A stretch of DNA of 64,000 nucleotides, taken from positions 26,171 through 90,170 of the forward strand of contig CAJAKC010000032.1 in NCBI GenBank assembly GCA_903940225.1, given 5' to 3'. This stretch comes from an uncultured Microbacteriaceae bacterium (GTDB lineage Bacteria; Actinomycetota; Actinomycetes; Actinomycetales; Microbacteriaceae). Both the position numbers and the translations under genes were made by a program. How positions within the stretch are numbered: position 1 is the stretch's first letter; the number at the start of each line of letters is the position of its first letter. Positions 19,196 to 28,477 of the stretch are shown here, piece after piece. Below the pieces are notes generated by a model. It was not told the DNA's origin. It saw only the letters and a list, made by a program, of their open reading frames with translations, and ran no database searches.

Positions 19196-20383
19196 TCATG
19201 CTCGAAGTGACGAAACGAAATCCGTCAGATACTCGAGGGTGCGCTTACGGAGAAACTCAACTTGTGAAGTTTCGATTCGCGCGACCGTGCGAGCGCTCAA
19301 CTTGGTGGCGATGCGATGAGCGTCGAGTTGGTTCTCTGCAAAGTAGTTCTTTCGCAGACCATAAATCTCTGCGAACATCTCGATCTTGTTACTCCAGATC
19401 AAACCCACAACCGGGATGCCGAGAGCACTCGCTGCGATGCCGGCGTGCATGCGTCCTGCCAAAATGATGTCAAACGTCTTGAGCGTGGCGAGAAACTCGT
19501 CGCTCGTTTGGGGTGCTGGAACAAGCGCGTTAGAAGACAAACCGACCTTCTCAATCAGTTCTCTGCCAAAGTCGTGGTCAACCTTCATGCCGTTGGTGAA
19601 TAAAACGAACTTCTGTTTGGCGTTCGTCAGCTCGGACAGCAGGTTCGAATAGAAGTCCACAACTTCTGCGCGGCTGAAGTTTCCGCCGTAGCTTCGAAAG
19701 TTGTCGGGATTCACAAGATTGATGCCGATCATCCGACGGGTGGTCGAACTCCGGTTGGGTGTCATTTTGTCCAACCACAAAACTGGGTCTGCAACCGCAG
19801 CGGTCACGGTTTGAGGATTCGTAATGTACCGGCTGTTGAGGGTTTCGATGTCATCGCGAGTCGTGATGACCTTCACATTTGGCGAGTTCAACACTTTTTT
19901 GAGTCGGCGGCATCGGACGTCGGATTCGTCATAGTGTTCGATGCCGACTGCGCTCATCATTACCGGAATATTTCGCTTCGTGGCCAAGGAAATGATCTGC
20001 TCATCGAGATAATTCAGTCCTTGAGTTCTGAACTTAATGAACCCGCCACCGGAGAAAACGAGAGCGTCTAGTTCCTTGAGTTGTGCTGAGTAGTGCCAGT
20101 GCAACTTGATGTGCCAATACGCGTATTGGTAGGCATATCGAATCACGGGCGACTTAACGATGCGAAAAAACAGATCTTCATGGTTTCGCATAAACCGGTA
20201 CATTCGACGGTTTATACGACGCACTCCGCGGAAATGGCCGGGCTGACGCGGATCGACGTCGATGTCGAGGAGTGTTATGTCCTTCGCGGTCTTTTCCAAT
20301 AGATACTTCGTGGCGTCGACAAGCAAGTAGTCGCCGATGTTTCCATTGCTGGAAAGGCCAAGAACGCCAATCGTGAGTCGCAC
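19196..20383 (-). CDS. polysaccharide pyruvyl transferase family protein (CsaB/WcaK-like)
   Basis: 395 aa. N-terminal IGVLGLSSNGNIGDYLL motif and C-terminal RMHAGIAA typical of the family. Confidence 0.75.
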   Translation of the reverse strand: MRLTIGVLGLSSNGNIGDYLLVDATKYLLEKTAKDITLLDIDVDPRQPGHFRGVRRINRRMYRFMRNHEDLFFRIVKSPVIRYAYQYAYWHIKLHWHYSAQLKELDALVFSGGGFIKFRTQGLNYLDEQIISLATKRNIPVMMSAVGIEHYDESDVRCRRLKKVLNSPNVKVITTRDDIETLNSRYITNPQTVTAAVADPVLWLDKMTPNRSSTTRRMIGINLVNPDNFRSYGGNFSRAEVVDFYSNLLSELTNAKQKFVLFTNGMKVDHDFGRELIEKVGLSSNALVPAPQTSDEFLATLKTFDIILAGRMHAGIAASALGIPVVGLIWSNKIEMFAEIYGLRKNYFAENQLDAHRIATKLSARTVARIETSQVEFLRKRTLEYLTDFVSSLRA

Positions 20384-20483
20384 AACGTCAGTCTATCTTC
20401 GGACGAAACGCTCACGAGAGCCCGAGGCAATCTCGCCGGAGGTAAACTGTAGCCAGCGGTTTGTCGCCCAACTAGGCCTCGAG

Positions 20484-21620
20484 GTGGTGTCGGTGTTTAC
20501 ACGGTTGCCTTTGAGGTTCGCTATCGCGGTAGCAAGCGGAATATACGCGCTGGCCAAGATCCTGCCGGTTCAAGACAAAGTCACCTTCATCAGCCGGGGA
20601 AACAGTTTCACGAGCATTGACTTCCAGTTGTTGGGTGAAGCAATTGAACGTGAACGCGCGTCGACACATGCGGTCTTTCTCAATCATCCTCTGTCCAGTT
20701 TGTGGAAAGTCCCGTTTCACATGGTCGCCGAGATGTATCACGTCGCAACATCTCGGGCTGTAGTAATTGATACCTATATTGTCGCGGTGAGCGTGCTGAA
20801 ACACCGTCCGCAACTGAAGGTCCTTCAAATCTGGCATGCGCTCGGTGCCTTTAAGGCGTTTGGCCGGATGGCAATTGGACGAGCCGAGGGTAGCGCCGAA
20901 GGCCTCGCACAGGTCATGCGCATGCATGAGAACTACACCTACGTTTCCGCGCCAAGCGCTGCGACTGCGGCGGTTTACCGGCAGTGTTTTGGCATCGACG
21001 AGTCGCGTATCGTGCTGGCGGGTTCCCCTCGAGTTGATTATTTGCTGAACGACGAGACGCAACAAACCCAACGTGAAATGTTGACCGAAAAATATGAGAT
21101 TCCGCATGACCGGAAAGTTGTTTTGTTCGCACCCACCTTCAGGAAAAACTCTCCAATTCCGGTGGACGAACTTGTCAGTCAAATCGACACCAATCGCTTC
21201 GTTGTGTTGTTGCGGAAGCATCCGCTGGACGACCGAACCGTGGTGTCCGATCCGCGCGTCATCATCACCGACGAATCCGAAGGGATTGAGCTCCTCGCGG
21301 TAGCCGATCATCTCGTGACGGATTATTCCGCGATTGTTTTTGAGGCTTCCCTTCGCAACATCCCCGTCTATTTTTGGACATTCGACCGCGAAGAGTACGC
21401 CGTCAAGCGCGGTTTCATGCTCGATTTTGACGCTGAAGCCCCTGGCCCAATAACTGACTCGGCCGCCGAAATTGCGCATGAGATTGCGACAGCAAAACCT
21501 TCCCCGCGCAGCAGCGCGTTCGCATCAAAATACGTGGAAACGACACACTTCAACAACGCTGACCGACTCGCTCAACTCCTATTGGCAGCAGATTTCCCGG
21601 CGGATTGGGCTAGGTCATGA
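20484..21620 (+). CDS. CDP-glycerol/CDP-alditol glycerophosphotransferase family protein (TagB/TagF-like)
   Basis: FAPTFRKN and LLRKHPLD motifs. The ORF-track start 20337 overlaps the divergent gene, so in-frame GTG near 20484 is preferred (start uncertain by tens of nt). Confidence 0.7.
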   Translation: MVSVFTRLPLRFAIAVASGIYALAKILPVQDKVTFISRGNSFTSIDFQLLGEAIERERASTHAVFLNHPLSSLWKVPFHMVAEMYHVATSRAVVIDTYIVAVSVLKHRPQLKVLQIWHALGAFKAFGRMAIGRAEGSAEGLAQVMRMHENYTYVSAPSAATAAVYRQCFGIDESRIVLAGSPRVDYLLNDETQQTQREMLTEKYEIPHDRKVVLFAPTFRKNSPIPVDELVSQIDTNRFVVLLRKHPLDDRTVVSDPRVIITDESEGIELLAVADHLVTDYSAIVFEASLRNIPVYFWTFDREEYAVKRGFMLDFDAEAPGPITDSAAEIAHEIATAKPSPRSSAFASKYVETTHFNNADRLAQLLLAADFPADWARS

Positions 21621-22945
21621 ATTTTCTCAGGGGAGTAGTCAACACGGTGGTCAAGCCATCCATTCGATGGCTTGCGAAACGCAGCTCGGTGGTCGATAAC
21701 GTTGTGGGACGCGTGCGCCGCGGCCTGCAGTCGGTTCGATTTGCTGCCGCTCGTCTCATCACGCGTCAGAGTGAGAAAACTGTGCTGTTCATGTCCTTCG
21801 GCGGTCGGAGCATTTCCGACTCGCCGAAGGAGATCGCGCGGGAAATGATGGCGAATCCACAATTCGACGATTGGGAGTTCATCTGGGCCCTCACGGGGCC
21901 TGCTTTCGCGAAGCATGGTGGAATGCGGGGGAACCAAGGCATTGCAGACGCGACGAATTATGATGACGTCCTGAGTTCGCGTATTCGAATTGTGTTATAC
22001 GAGGGCGGCGATTTTTACCGAGCGTTAGCGAAGGCAAGATACTGGGTGACGAATTTTCGCACCCCGGAAGGCGTGCGCCCGGGGAAGGGCAAAACCTACA
22101 TCCAGACGTGGCACGGAGCCCCCATCAAGCGATTGGGAGCCGACATCACCGTCGAGAAGGCTTATCCGACAAAGAAGAGGGCGGCTCTGATCGATTGGTA
22201 CAAACGCGAAGCGGCTAAATGGTCAATCCTTGTTTCTCAAAGTGATTACCTGACAGAAAAGTTATGGTCCGCATTCGCCATCGCAGATTTGCCCAGGCAG
22301 CCCATGGTGCTCACGGAGGGAACCCCGCGAAATGTGCCGTTGTGTGCCGTCACCGAGTCGAAGCGGAATTCGTTGAGGGAACGACTCGGCATCTCCGAGG
22401 GGAAAAGGGTCGCCTTGTACGCACCGACTTTTCGAGACAACCAGCACACGAGCAAAATAGGGCACACTCATTCCCTCGCTCTTGATCTTCACGAACTCCG
22501 GCGTGAATTGGGCGACGAGTGGGTCGTGCTCTTGCGCGTCCACTACTTGGTCAACAACTCAATTGATGTGTCATTGTTCACAGGCTTCGTCATTGACGTC
22601 GGCGATTACGAAGACATCAATGACCTTTACATCGCCTCGGATGTGTTGGTTTCGGACTATTCCAGTTCGATAGTCGATTACACGGTGACGGGCAAGCCGA
22701 TCATCATTTATGCATATGACTTGGACGAGTACGAGCAGGCGATGCGCGGCTTCTACATCGAGTCTGCAACGTTTCCGGGCCCGATTGTCAGGTCACAGGC
22801 CGAGCTTGTCAACGCGCTGCGGACTTTCGAAGAAGTCGATCAACAGTGGAGCACTCGTCGCGCGGAGTTTGCGTCGACCATGGCACCGAAGGATGATGAA
22901 AACACTGCACGCAGGGTCGTCGCGGCTCTCTTTCCGAATCATTGA
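21617..22945 (+). CDS. CDP-glycerol/CDP-alditol glycerophosphotransferase family protein (TagF-like)
   Basis: IQTWHGAPIKRLGADI, YAPTFRDN, LLRVHYLV; ATGA overlap with the upstream gene. Confidence 0.85.
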   Translation: MNFLRGVVNTVVKPSIRWLAKRSSVVDNVVGRVRRGLQSVRFAAARLITRQSEKTVLFMSFGGRSISDSPKEIAREMMANPQFDDWEFIWALTGPAFAKHGGMRGNQGIADATNYDDVLSSRIRIVLYEGGDFYRALAKARYWVTNFRTPEGVRPGKGKTYIQTWHGAPIKRLGADITVEKAYPTKKRAALIDWYKREAAKWSILVSQSDYLTEKLWSAFAIADLPRQPMVLTEGTPRNVPLCAVTESKRNSLRERLGISEGKRVALYAPTFRDNQHTSKIGHTHSLALDLHELRRELGDEWVVLLRVHYLVNNSIDVSLFTGFVIDVGDYEDINDLYIASDVLVSDYSSSIVDYTVTGKPIIIYAYDLDEYEQAMRGFYIESATFPGPIVRSQAELVNALRTFEEVDQQWSTRRAEFASTMAPKDDENTARRVVAALFPNH

Positions 22946-22960
22946 TAGGCTGTAATCCTT

Positions 22961-23686
22961 ATGATTGATGTGGTAATTCTTGCTGCCGGAATTGGTTCTC
23001 GGCTCGCACCCCTTACGCACGATCAGCCCAAATGTCTGACCGACCTCAACGGGCAATCTCTCATTATTCGCGTTGTTGAGCAGTTTCTGCGGCACTCCGA
23101 CGTCTCACAAATCACCGTAATCGAGGGTCATCTGGGTGACCAAATCGTTGACGCGCTGTCCGGCTACGGAGACCGCGTCAACACTGTGCACAACGACATC
23201 TACCTCACGTCCAACAACTTGTATTCCTTCACCTTGGCGCAAAATCGCTTGGTCGTAGACCATGTTTTAGTGTTGCTGAACGGTGATTGTGCGTATGACG
23301 ATGACGTGATTGACGCCGTAGTTGCGTCTTCCGCGCCCACGAGTGAGGTGGTTGCGGACTGTGGCACCTACATGGAGGAATCCATGAAGGTCACCGTTGG
23401 AGGCAATGGATTTATCGATGGAATCGCTAAGACCATTACCGAAGCCGACTCGTACGCGACGTCTGTTGATCTGTACCGACTGGTTCCTGGAGACAAGGAA
23501 GCGCTCCTCCGCAAAGCGCAGTCGATTTTCGATAACGCTGGACTGAACACATGGACTGAAGTCGCCCTCGCCGAGTGTTTTGCCGACGGTTCGATCACTG
23601 CCATTCCGCTCGACATCTCGGGCAAGCGCTGGTACGAAATCGACACCCTCGATGATCTTTCCGCCGCTCAGCAACTGTTTGCCTAG
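22961..23686 (+). CDS. sugar/alditol-phosphate nucleotidyltransferase (LicC/NTP-transferase fold)
   Basis: N-terminal VVILAAGIGSRLAPLTHDQPKCL signature. Confidence 0.75.
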   Translation: MIDVVILAAGIGSRLAPLTHDQPKCLTDLNGQSLIIRVVEQFLRHSDVSQITVIEGHLGDQIVDALSGYGDRVNTVHNDIYLTSNNLYSFTLAQNRLVVDHVLVLLNGDCAYDDDVIDAVVASSAPTSEVVADCGTYMEESMKVTVGGNGFIDGIAKTITEADSYATSVDLYRLVPGDKEALLRKAQSIFDNAGLNTWTEVALAECFADGSITAIPLDISGKRWYEIDTLDDLSAAQQLFA

Positions 23687-23696
23687 GCTGGCTTGA

Positions 23697-24485
23697 ATGG
23701 CCGCCGAAGTCGCAATGCCCGACACAGTCACATTGCTTTTGTTGGATATGGACGGCACGGTATATGTCGGTGGCGTCGTGATTGATGGTGTTCCCGAGGC
23801 TCTGAAGCGTTGGACGTCGGCTGGTCGAAAAGTTGTCTTCATCACCAACAACACCAGTCGTACAATTGAACAACACGCGCTCAAGTTGCAAGGGATGGGG
23901 CTTCCCGCGACCCCCAACAACATCGTGAGTCCGGTTGAACCTACCTCTCGATTTTTGCGTGATCGGGGCGTCACGGACGTTTTCCTGGTCGCCACGAATG
24001 CAGTCACCGAGGAGTTCGCGTCACATGGCATTGCGTTTCGGGGAGAACCCCAAGCGGTCGTCATCACCTATGACATCGAATTGACTTACGCGAAATTGGC
24101 CGAAGCGAGCAAACTCATCAATAAAGGGCTGCCTTACTACGCTACGCACATCGACTTCTTTTGCCCCACCGAAGACGGTCCGGTGCCCGATATCGGGTCG
24201 TTTATCGCCATGTTGGAAAACGTGACTGGTGTGGCTCCGACGTCGGTGTTTGGAAAGCCAAGTGACTCGCTTGTCGAGCTGATTCGAGATCGATATTCAC
24301 TCAACAGTCTCGTTGTCGGGGATCGACTTCACACGGACATCGCTACAGGGATCAATGCACAAGTTCCTACCTGTCTGGTGTTGACGGGTGAAACGTCAAA
24401 GATGATGGCTGACGCTTCGCCTTACCAGCCGACGATCATCTCGCCGAGTCTGCCGGTTCTTATCGACGATTTGTTGGCTCGCTGA
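23697..24485 (+). CDS. HAD-IIA family phosphatase (NagD-like)
   Basis: LLLDMDGTVYVGG (DxD), ITNNTS, GKP, VGDRLHTDI. Confidence 0.8.
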   Translation: MAAEVAMPDTVTLLLLDMDGTVYVGGVVIDGVPEALKRWTSAGRKVVFITNNTSRTIEQHALKLQGMGLPATPNNIVSPVEPTSRFLRDRGVTDVFLVATNAVTEEFASHGIAFRGEPQAVVITYDIELTYAKLAEASKLINKGLPYYATHIDFFCPTEDGPVPDIGSFIAMLENVTGVAPTSVFGKPSDSLVELIRDRYSLNSLVVGDRLHTDIATGINAQVPTCLVLTGETSKMMADASPYQPTIISPSLPVLIDDLLAR

Positions 24486-27006
24486 CGTCGCGCGCAACGC
24501 GGTAGATGCGCTCGCAGTTGTTGCGGTCGCTGTAGTAAAAGAACTTGTCAACTCTCGTCACGAAGCGCTTCGACATCGACTGATTCGTTCGCATCACCGA
24601 GTTGAGTTCGCGAGCAAGTTCGGCAGTACTCGTTGCAATCCGTCCAAACGCGTGCTCTTCGTAGCGAAAAATTGAGTCTTTGTAGGAGGGCGGTAATTCA
24701 GATGGCTGGAAATATACGATGGGTTTTTTCATGTACGCGAAGTCAAATTGGATTCCGGAGAAGTCCGTTACCAAGACTGCGGCTTCCGTCAGTAAATCCT
24801 CGTAGCGCACGTTACTCGTCGCAGAGACAACGTCAACCACGTCGTTGCTGAACGGCATGAAATGCTCCAACTGGCCGCTGAGGAACGGATGCAACAGGAA
24901 TTTGAACCGGTAGCCTTCGCGACGCGCGGTATCAATTAGCGTTTCATCGGTCAAAACTCGCCGGTAGATTGCGTAAAACTCGGAGGACAGGAAGTTTTGG
25001 CTTGTGCCGCGATGTCGACTCTTGGCATTCGATGCGTCTGTCGGAAGGGCGAGGTAGTTTCGCCAGGTGGGCGCTATGAGAATTGTCTTCTCCTGCCGAT
25101 CGACGAGACCATCAAATCGTGCGAGTCCCGTGTCGAAAACCTCTTCTGGCCGGTACCCGTAGTCACGTGTTTCAAGCGTTTGTCGCTCAATAGGCGAGGC
25201 TACGCAGTAGTGGTCGACGCCGTCGAACGCCTTGTTGAGAATGCGGGGCAAGTATTGAACCGAGAGGCCGTGCTGTATAAACACCACTCGCGCATTAAAC
25301 AGCCCGCGAAAGAACTTCTCAACACCGCGCGGAAACCCGTTATTCAGGGTTGAAACGGTGTGGGTGAGAAAAACGATGTCGGCAGTCAGGTAGAGAAGTT
25401 TGTGGCGCAGGCTGCCGAAGCGCACAAAGGGGATGCCCTCTGAGGCGAATCGTTGCGCGTCGTGTGATCGGGCATCGAGCACGTAAAACTTGCGTATAGC
25501 ATCCGCTTGTTGTCGCGCGTAATTGTAGACGTATTCGCCGTTGTCGCCGGCTGTGATCATCTTGTCGGCGAACAACCACACCGGTTTGCGGTAGCGGCTG
25601 GTCAGTGCGGCGAACCCGTGTGCAATCCTCAAGCCGATTATTGAAGGCGCTTTCGATCGCGCCGAATAGACGATTGCAAGGCACAGAATCAGTTCGTGAA
25701 TCGCCACAGCAATCATCGTTGCGCGGGTCACCGAGACGTGCCGTTGGCCGAAGCGGAAAATCAATCCGTCGGTCCGCCAATACGCTGCCCGGGTGTTCAT
25801 CAACTTCGAATGTGGTCTGCGGAAATTTAACCGAAGGGGAACGCTGGCGAGTGGCGAACCGTCGCGCGAAATGGATAGTGCAAGACGTGAGAGCGGAACG
25901 TCGAAAACGGAGATTTCAACTCGAACGTCGAACGTAAAATAGCGGAGGAACGAGCGCCCGAAAACCTCGAGAGTGGAATAGCGTCCCGAGTCATCGACGG
26001 TGATGGTGGTTGAGCCAAGGGTGGCAGTGACCGTGTCCCCGTCCTCGACGGGGAATGTGATGTATCCGAGAAACGAGAAGGTTCCATCGACCGATTTCAT
26101 CATCTCTACCGTCGCTTCGGACCGTGACAAGCGGACCGCTTCGCTTTTTCCCGCCAGTATCACGACGTCTTCCTCGCTGTATTCCCGCGTGACACTGTGG
26201 CCGCCAATCCGAGCGAGTTCCAGGACCGCCGATGGGGGGAGGTGCGAATGCCACGAACGTGGACTGGTGAGTGTGTGAGTGTTGACGTGCGTCAGATTGC
26301 GCGCGGTCTCCGACCACCACTGGTCGATGTCGTGGTCGGTGAGTACTTGCTTGTACAAGAAATTTGACCCGTGCACAAATCTCCATTGCCAATGATGCAA
26401 GAACGCAGCCTGGGTCGCGATGGATGGCGTGTTACCCTTCGCCGACAATGTTGTGAACACGTGAGCCCAGGTTGAATTGAGTTTTGTATACCAGGACGGA
26501 TCATAGAGCGTCGGCGAATCGGTGAGAAGATCGTCGAACTCGGGGTCTGCCGACAATGCCGGCAATACTCTGAAATGTGACGTCTCCTCTCGTGCCAGAG
26601 CAAAAAGCGCGGGAGCTGTATATCGAGTGAGTGGAAGCGTGAGGGCGCTTTTTCCTGCCAATTCCCGAGACAACACGAACCCCGTGGTGCCGACGGAAAC
26701 AAGGTTCGCGCCTGAATCGACGTTCCGGCCGATGAGGTCTCGGATACCAAGTTCATATCCCGTCCGCCGCTCGGCAAAAGCGCCGAGGTCTTCGTTACCC
26801 ATGAGAAAGGCGCGGATGCTATTGAGAGTGGCAGCGTTATCGAGAAGTGGTGCGTCGGGAAGTACCGCGACGTGCGTTGCGTCGGTGCGGACACCGAGGA
26901 TTTCGGATAGCGACCCCGCTAACGTTTTTTCGTTTTCGTCACCAACGACCGAGAATCCACGAGCGTTCGAGACGAGAACCAGCAACGAGTCAGGAAGCAC
27001 CATCAC
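24460..27006 (-). CDS. large TagF-like glycerophosphotransferase with about 430-aa N-terminal domain of unknown function
   Basis: 848 aa. The C-terminal half carries FIQHGLS, IAPTWRNYL, LLHPFL and VTDFSGIQFDF motifs of the CDP-glycerol glycerophosphotransferase family. I could not assign the N-terminal half. Confidence 0.75.
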   Translation of the reverse strand: MMVLPDSLLVLVSNARGFSVVGDENEKTLAGSLSEILGVRTDATHVAVLPDAPLLDNAATLNSIRAFLMGNEDLGAFAERRTGYELGIRDLIGRNVDSGANLVSVGTTGFVLSRELAGKSALTLPLTRYTAPALFALAREETSHFRVLPALSADPEFDDLLTDSPTLYDPSWYTKLNSTWAHVFTTLSAKGNTPSIATQAAFLHHWQWRFVHGSNFLYKQVLTDHDIDQWWSETARNLTHVNTHTLTSPRSWHSHLPPSAVLELARIGGHSVTREYSEEDVVILAGKSEAVRLSRSEATVEMMKSVDGTFSFLGYITFPVEDGDTVTATLGSTTITVDDSGRYSTLEVFGRSFLRYFTFDVRVEISVFDVPLSRLALSISRDGSPLASVPLRLNFRRPHSKLMNTRAAYWRTDGLIFRFGQRHVSVTRATMIAVAIHELILCLAIVYSARSKAPSIIGLRIAHGFAALTSRYRKPVWLFADKMITAGDNGEYVYNYARQQADAIRKFYVLDARSHDAQRFASEGIPFVRFGSLRHKLLYLTADIVFLTHTVSTLNNGFPRGVEKFFRGLFNARVVFIQHGLSVQYLPRILNKAFDGVDHYCVASPIERQTLETRDYGYRPEEVFDTGLARFDGLVDRQEKTILIAPTWRNYLALPTDASNAKSRHRGTSQNFLSSEFYAIYRRVLTDETLIDTARREGYRFKFLLHPFLSGQLEHFMPFSNDVVDVVSATSNVRYEDLLTEAAVLVTDFSGIQFDFAYMKKPIVYFQPSELPPSYKDSIFRYEEHAFGRIATSTAELARELNSVMRTNQSMSKRFVTRVDKFFYYSDRNNCERIYRVARDVSEPTNRR

Positions 27007-27770
27007 GCTTTCACAATTTCACGATATTTCCCTGACTGGAGGAGGAATTCGAAATAGTTGATGTCATCCATCGTCGTGATTTTGATGTTGCCTCGCACTC
27101 CTTCTATTAGAGCAAGTGGGGTGAGCGTCGGGTGCAGGTTCTCCGCGGGGAGGGAATCGATGAGGTGTGCTTGGTCGACGACCTTGTCATGAATATCACG
27201 CATGATGCCCGACGAATGAGCATCCAGAATTGGTCCTAGGCGAAAGGCTTGGGGCGCTTGCAATGTGTACATTTGCGAACGATTAGTCACTGACGCAATT
27301 GTCGCACCTCCGTCGAGCGACGCTGCGAGCGTTTCGAACGCAGCGGCCGACGTCACACCACTACCGTGTGCCTCTACGGAGTGCACGATCGAATCAATGA
27401 GGGACGAACTGATAATGGGTCTCACACCGTCGTGAATCAGGACGACGGTGTCGGCGGCGAGGCCGTCGGCTGCGGCGGCGAGAAGCCCGAGATGGATTGA
27501 TTCCATGGCATATTGGCCGCCGGGAATCACCGTCCTGACCTTGGAAAAGTGTCCGTCGGTGACGATGCGCTTCATCGTGTCGAGATGCGATTCGATGGAC
27601 ACGACGTAGATGCCGTCGATTGCTGGGGACTGTTGGAAGAGGTCAAGGGTCCATGCGATTATGGGCTTGCCACCGACTTCGACGAACTGTTTTGGCCCGT
27701 CTTTGTGGGTCAGTCGAGTACCTTTGCCGCCGGCAAAGATGATCGCAATCGTGCTCATGGCTGACGCCAA
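27003..27770 (-). CDS. IspD/TarI-family cytidylyltransferase (CDP-alditol synthesis)
   Basis: IAIIFAGGKGTRL signature and VLIHDGVRP. 4-nt overlap with the downstream TagF-like gene. Confidence 0.8.
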   Translation of the reverse strand: MASAMSTIAIIFAGGKGTRLTHKDGPKQFVEVGGKPIIAWTLDLFQQSPAIDGIYVVSIESHLDTMKRIVTDGHFSKVRTVIPGGQYAMESIHLGLLAAAADGLAADTVVLIHDGVRPIISSSLIDSIVHSVEAHGSGVTSAAAFETLAASLDGGATIASVTNRSQMYTLQAPQAFRLGPILDAHSSGIMRDIHDKVVDQAHLIDSLPAENLHPTLTPLALIEGVRGNIKITTMDDINYFEFLLQSGKYREIVKA

Positions 27771-27792
27771 CGTGTCGTGTTCATTCGTTTCA

Positions 27793-27806
27793 TGTTAATC
27801 GATTAA
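27793..27806. promoter_or_regulatory. perfect 14-bp palindrome GTTAATCGATTAAC, candidate operator
   Basis: Self-complementary by hand check. Lies 23 nt upstream of the tarI-like start in the divergent intergenic region. Confidence 0.35.
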
Positions 27807-27809
27807 CGA

Positions 27810-27839
27810 CGGGAACCGTGTTGGGCCCGACGCGGTTCC
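27810..27839. repeat. inverted repeat GGGAACCG-N14-CGGTTCCC
   Basis: 8-bp arms at 27810-27817 and 27832-27839. It is in the 5' region of the tarI-like operon, and no gene end lies nearby, so it is not an obvious terminator. Confidence 0.35.
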
Positions 27840-27899
27840 CACTACTCGAGTAACAAATCCCGGGCTGGAGCATCGCCGGATTCGAATCGTTCCCTACTA

Positions 27900-27911
27900 G
27901 TTGGGGATAAA
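27900..27911 (+). promoter_or_regulatory. pilus/envelope box copy 1 (GTTGGGGATAAA)
   Basis: Box ends 38 nt before ATG 27950. CACAAT hexamer at 27938-27943, 6 nt before the ATG. Confidence 0.5.
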
Positions 27912-27949
27912 CATCGACGTGTGGTGGCAGGAATCGACACAATCGCGAC

Positions 27950-28477
27950 ATGCGAATTTGTGCGATCGTGCTGCTAGGGGCACTTGCGGGGTGTGCGCCC
28001 GCTGACAAGACGCCGGCTCCCGCCCCGATCGTGACGGCGGAGGAGGCGGTTGCGCGCGAAGGCGTCGAACAGCTCGCTCTTGATGCTGTCGGCGATTACT
28101 TTGCGGTCTCGGCCGAGATCGCGGGGGACGGAGGCGAAGACCCGGACCGAATCGCGGAGGTCGTCACGTCGAATTGGTTGACACAGGAAATCACCGGTTT
28201 TGCGGCACTTCGTGCTTTGGGATCGAGACAAGCGGGGGTACCTGAGGTGACAAAGATTGAGGTGTCGGCGATTCGCGGAATTGCCGCCGTTACCGAAGTG
28301 GTGCTGCACGCGTGCACATCACTCGACGGGGTAACGATTCGAACCGCAGATGGCGACGAAACAGATGTGCCACTCGGAACCTCGCTGGTCACGATTTACG
28401 TCGTGCCGGAAGACGGCACTCTCAAAGTTGATGGCGTCGAACCGTGGACGGATGTGTCGTGGTGCGCAGAATCCTGA
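27950..28477 (+). CDS. lipoprotein of unknown function
   Basis: MRICAIVLLGALAGC lipobox (LAGC) followed by a soluble domain. Confidence 0.6.
   Translation: MRICAIVLLGALAGCAPADKTPAPAPIVTAEEAVAREGVEQLALDAVGDYFAVSAEIAGDGGEDPDRIAEVVTSNWLTQEITGFAALRALGSRQAGVPEVTKIEVSAIRGIAAVTEVVLHACTSLDGVTIRTADGDETDVPLGTSLVTIYVVPEDGTLKVDGVEPWTDVSWCAES

Noticed and set aside
27861-27895. The segment GGGCTGGAGCATCGCCGGATTCGAATCGTTCC superficially resembles a tRNA T-arm, raising the possibility of an att remnant at the right edge of the glycopolymer locus.
   Set aside because: No complementary T-stem or acceptor stem can be formed. The resemblance is due to the palindrome GATTCGAATC. It has no similarity to the 3' end of the adjacent tRNA-fMet.
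19125-27949. Whether the glycopolymer locus is a mobile genomic island integrated at the tRNA.
   Set aside because: No integrase, excisionase or transposase is present. No direct repeat of the tRNA 3' end was detectable by eye; only 7-8-nt coincidences such as GCTGACG and CGGATTCG were found. It is reported as a compositionally distinct locus rather than a mobile element.
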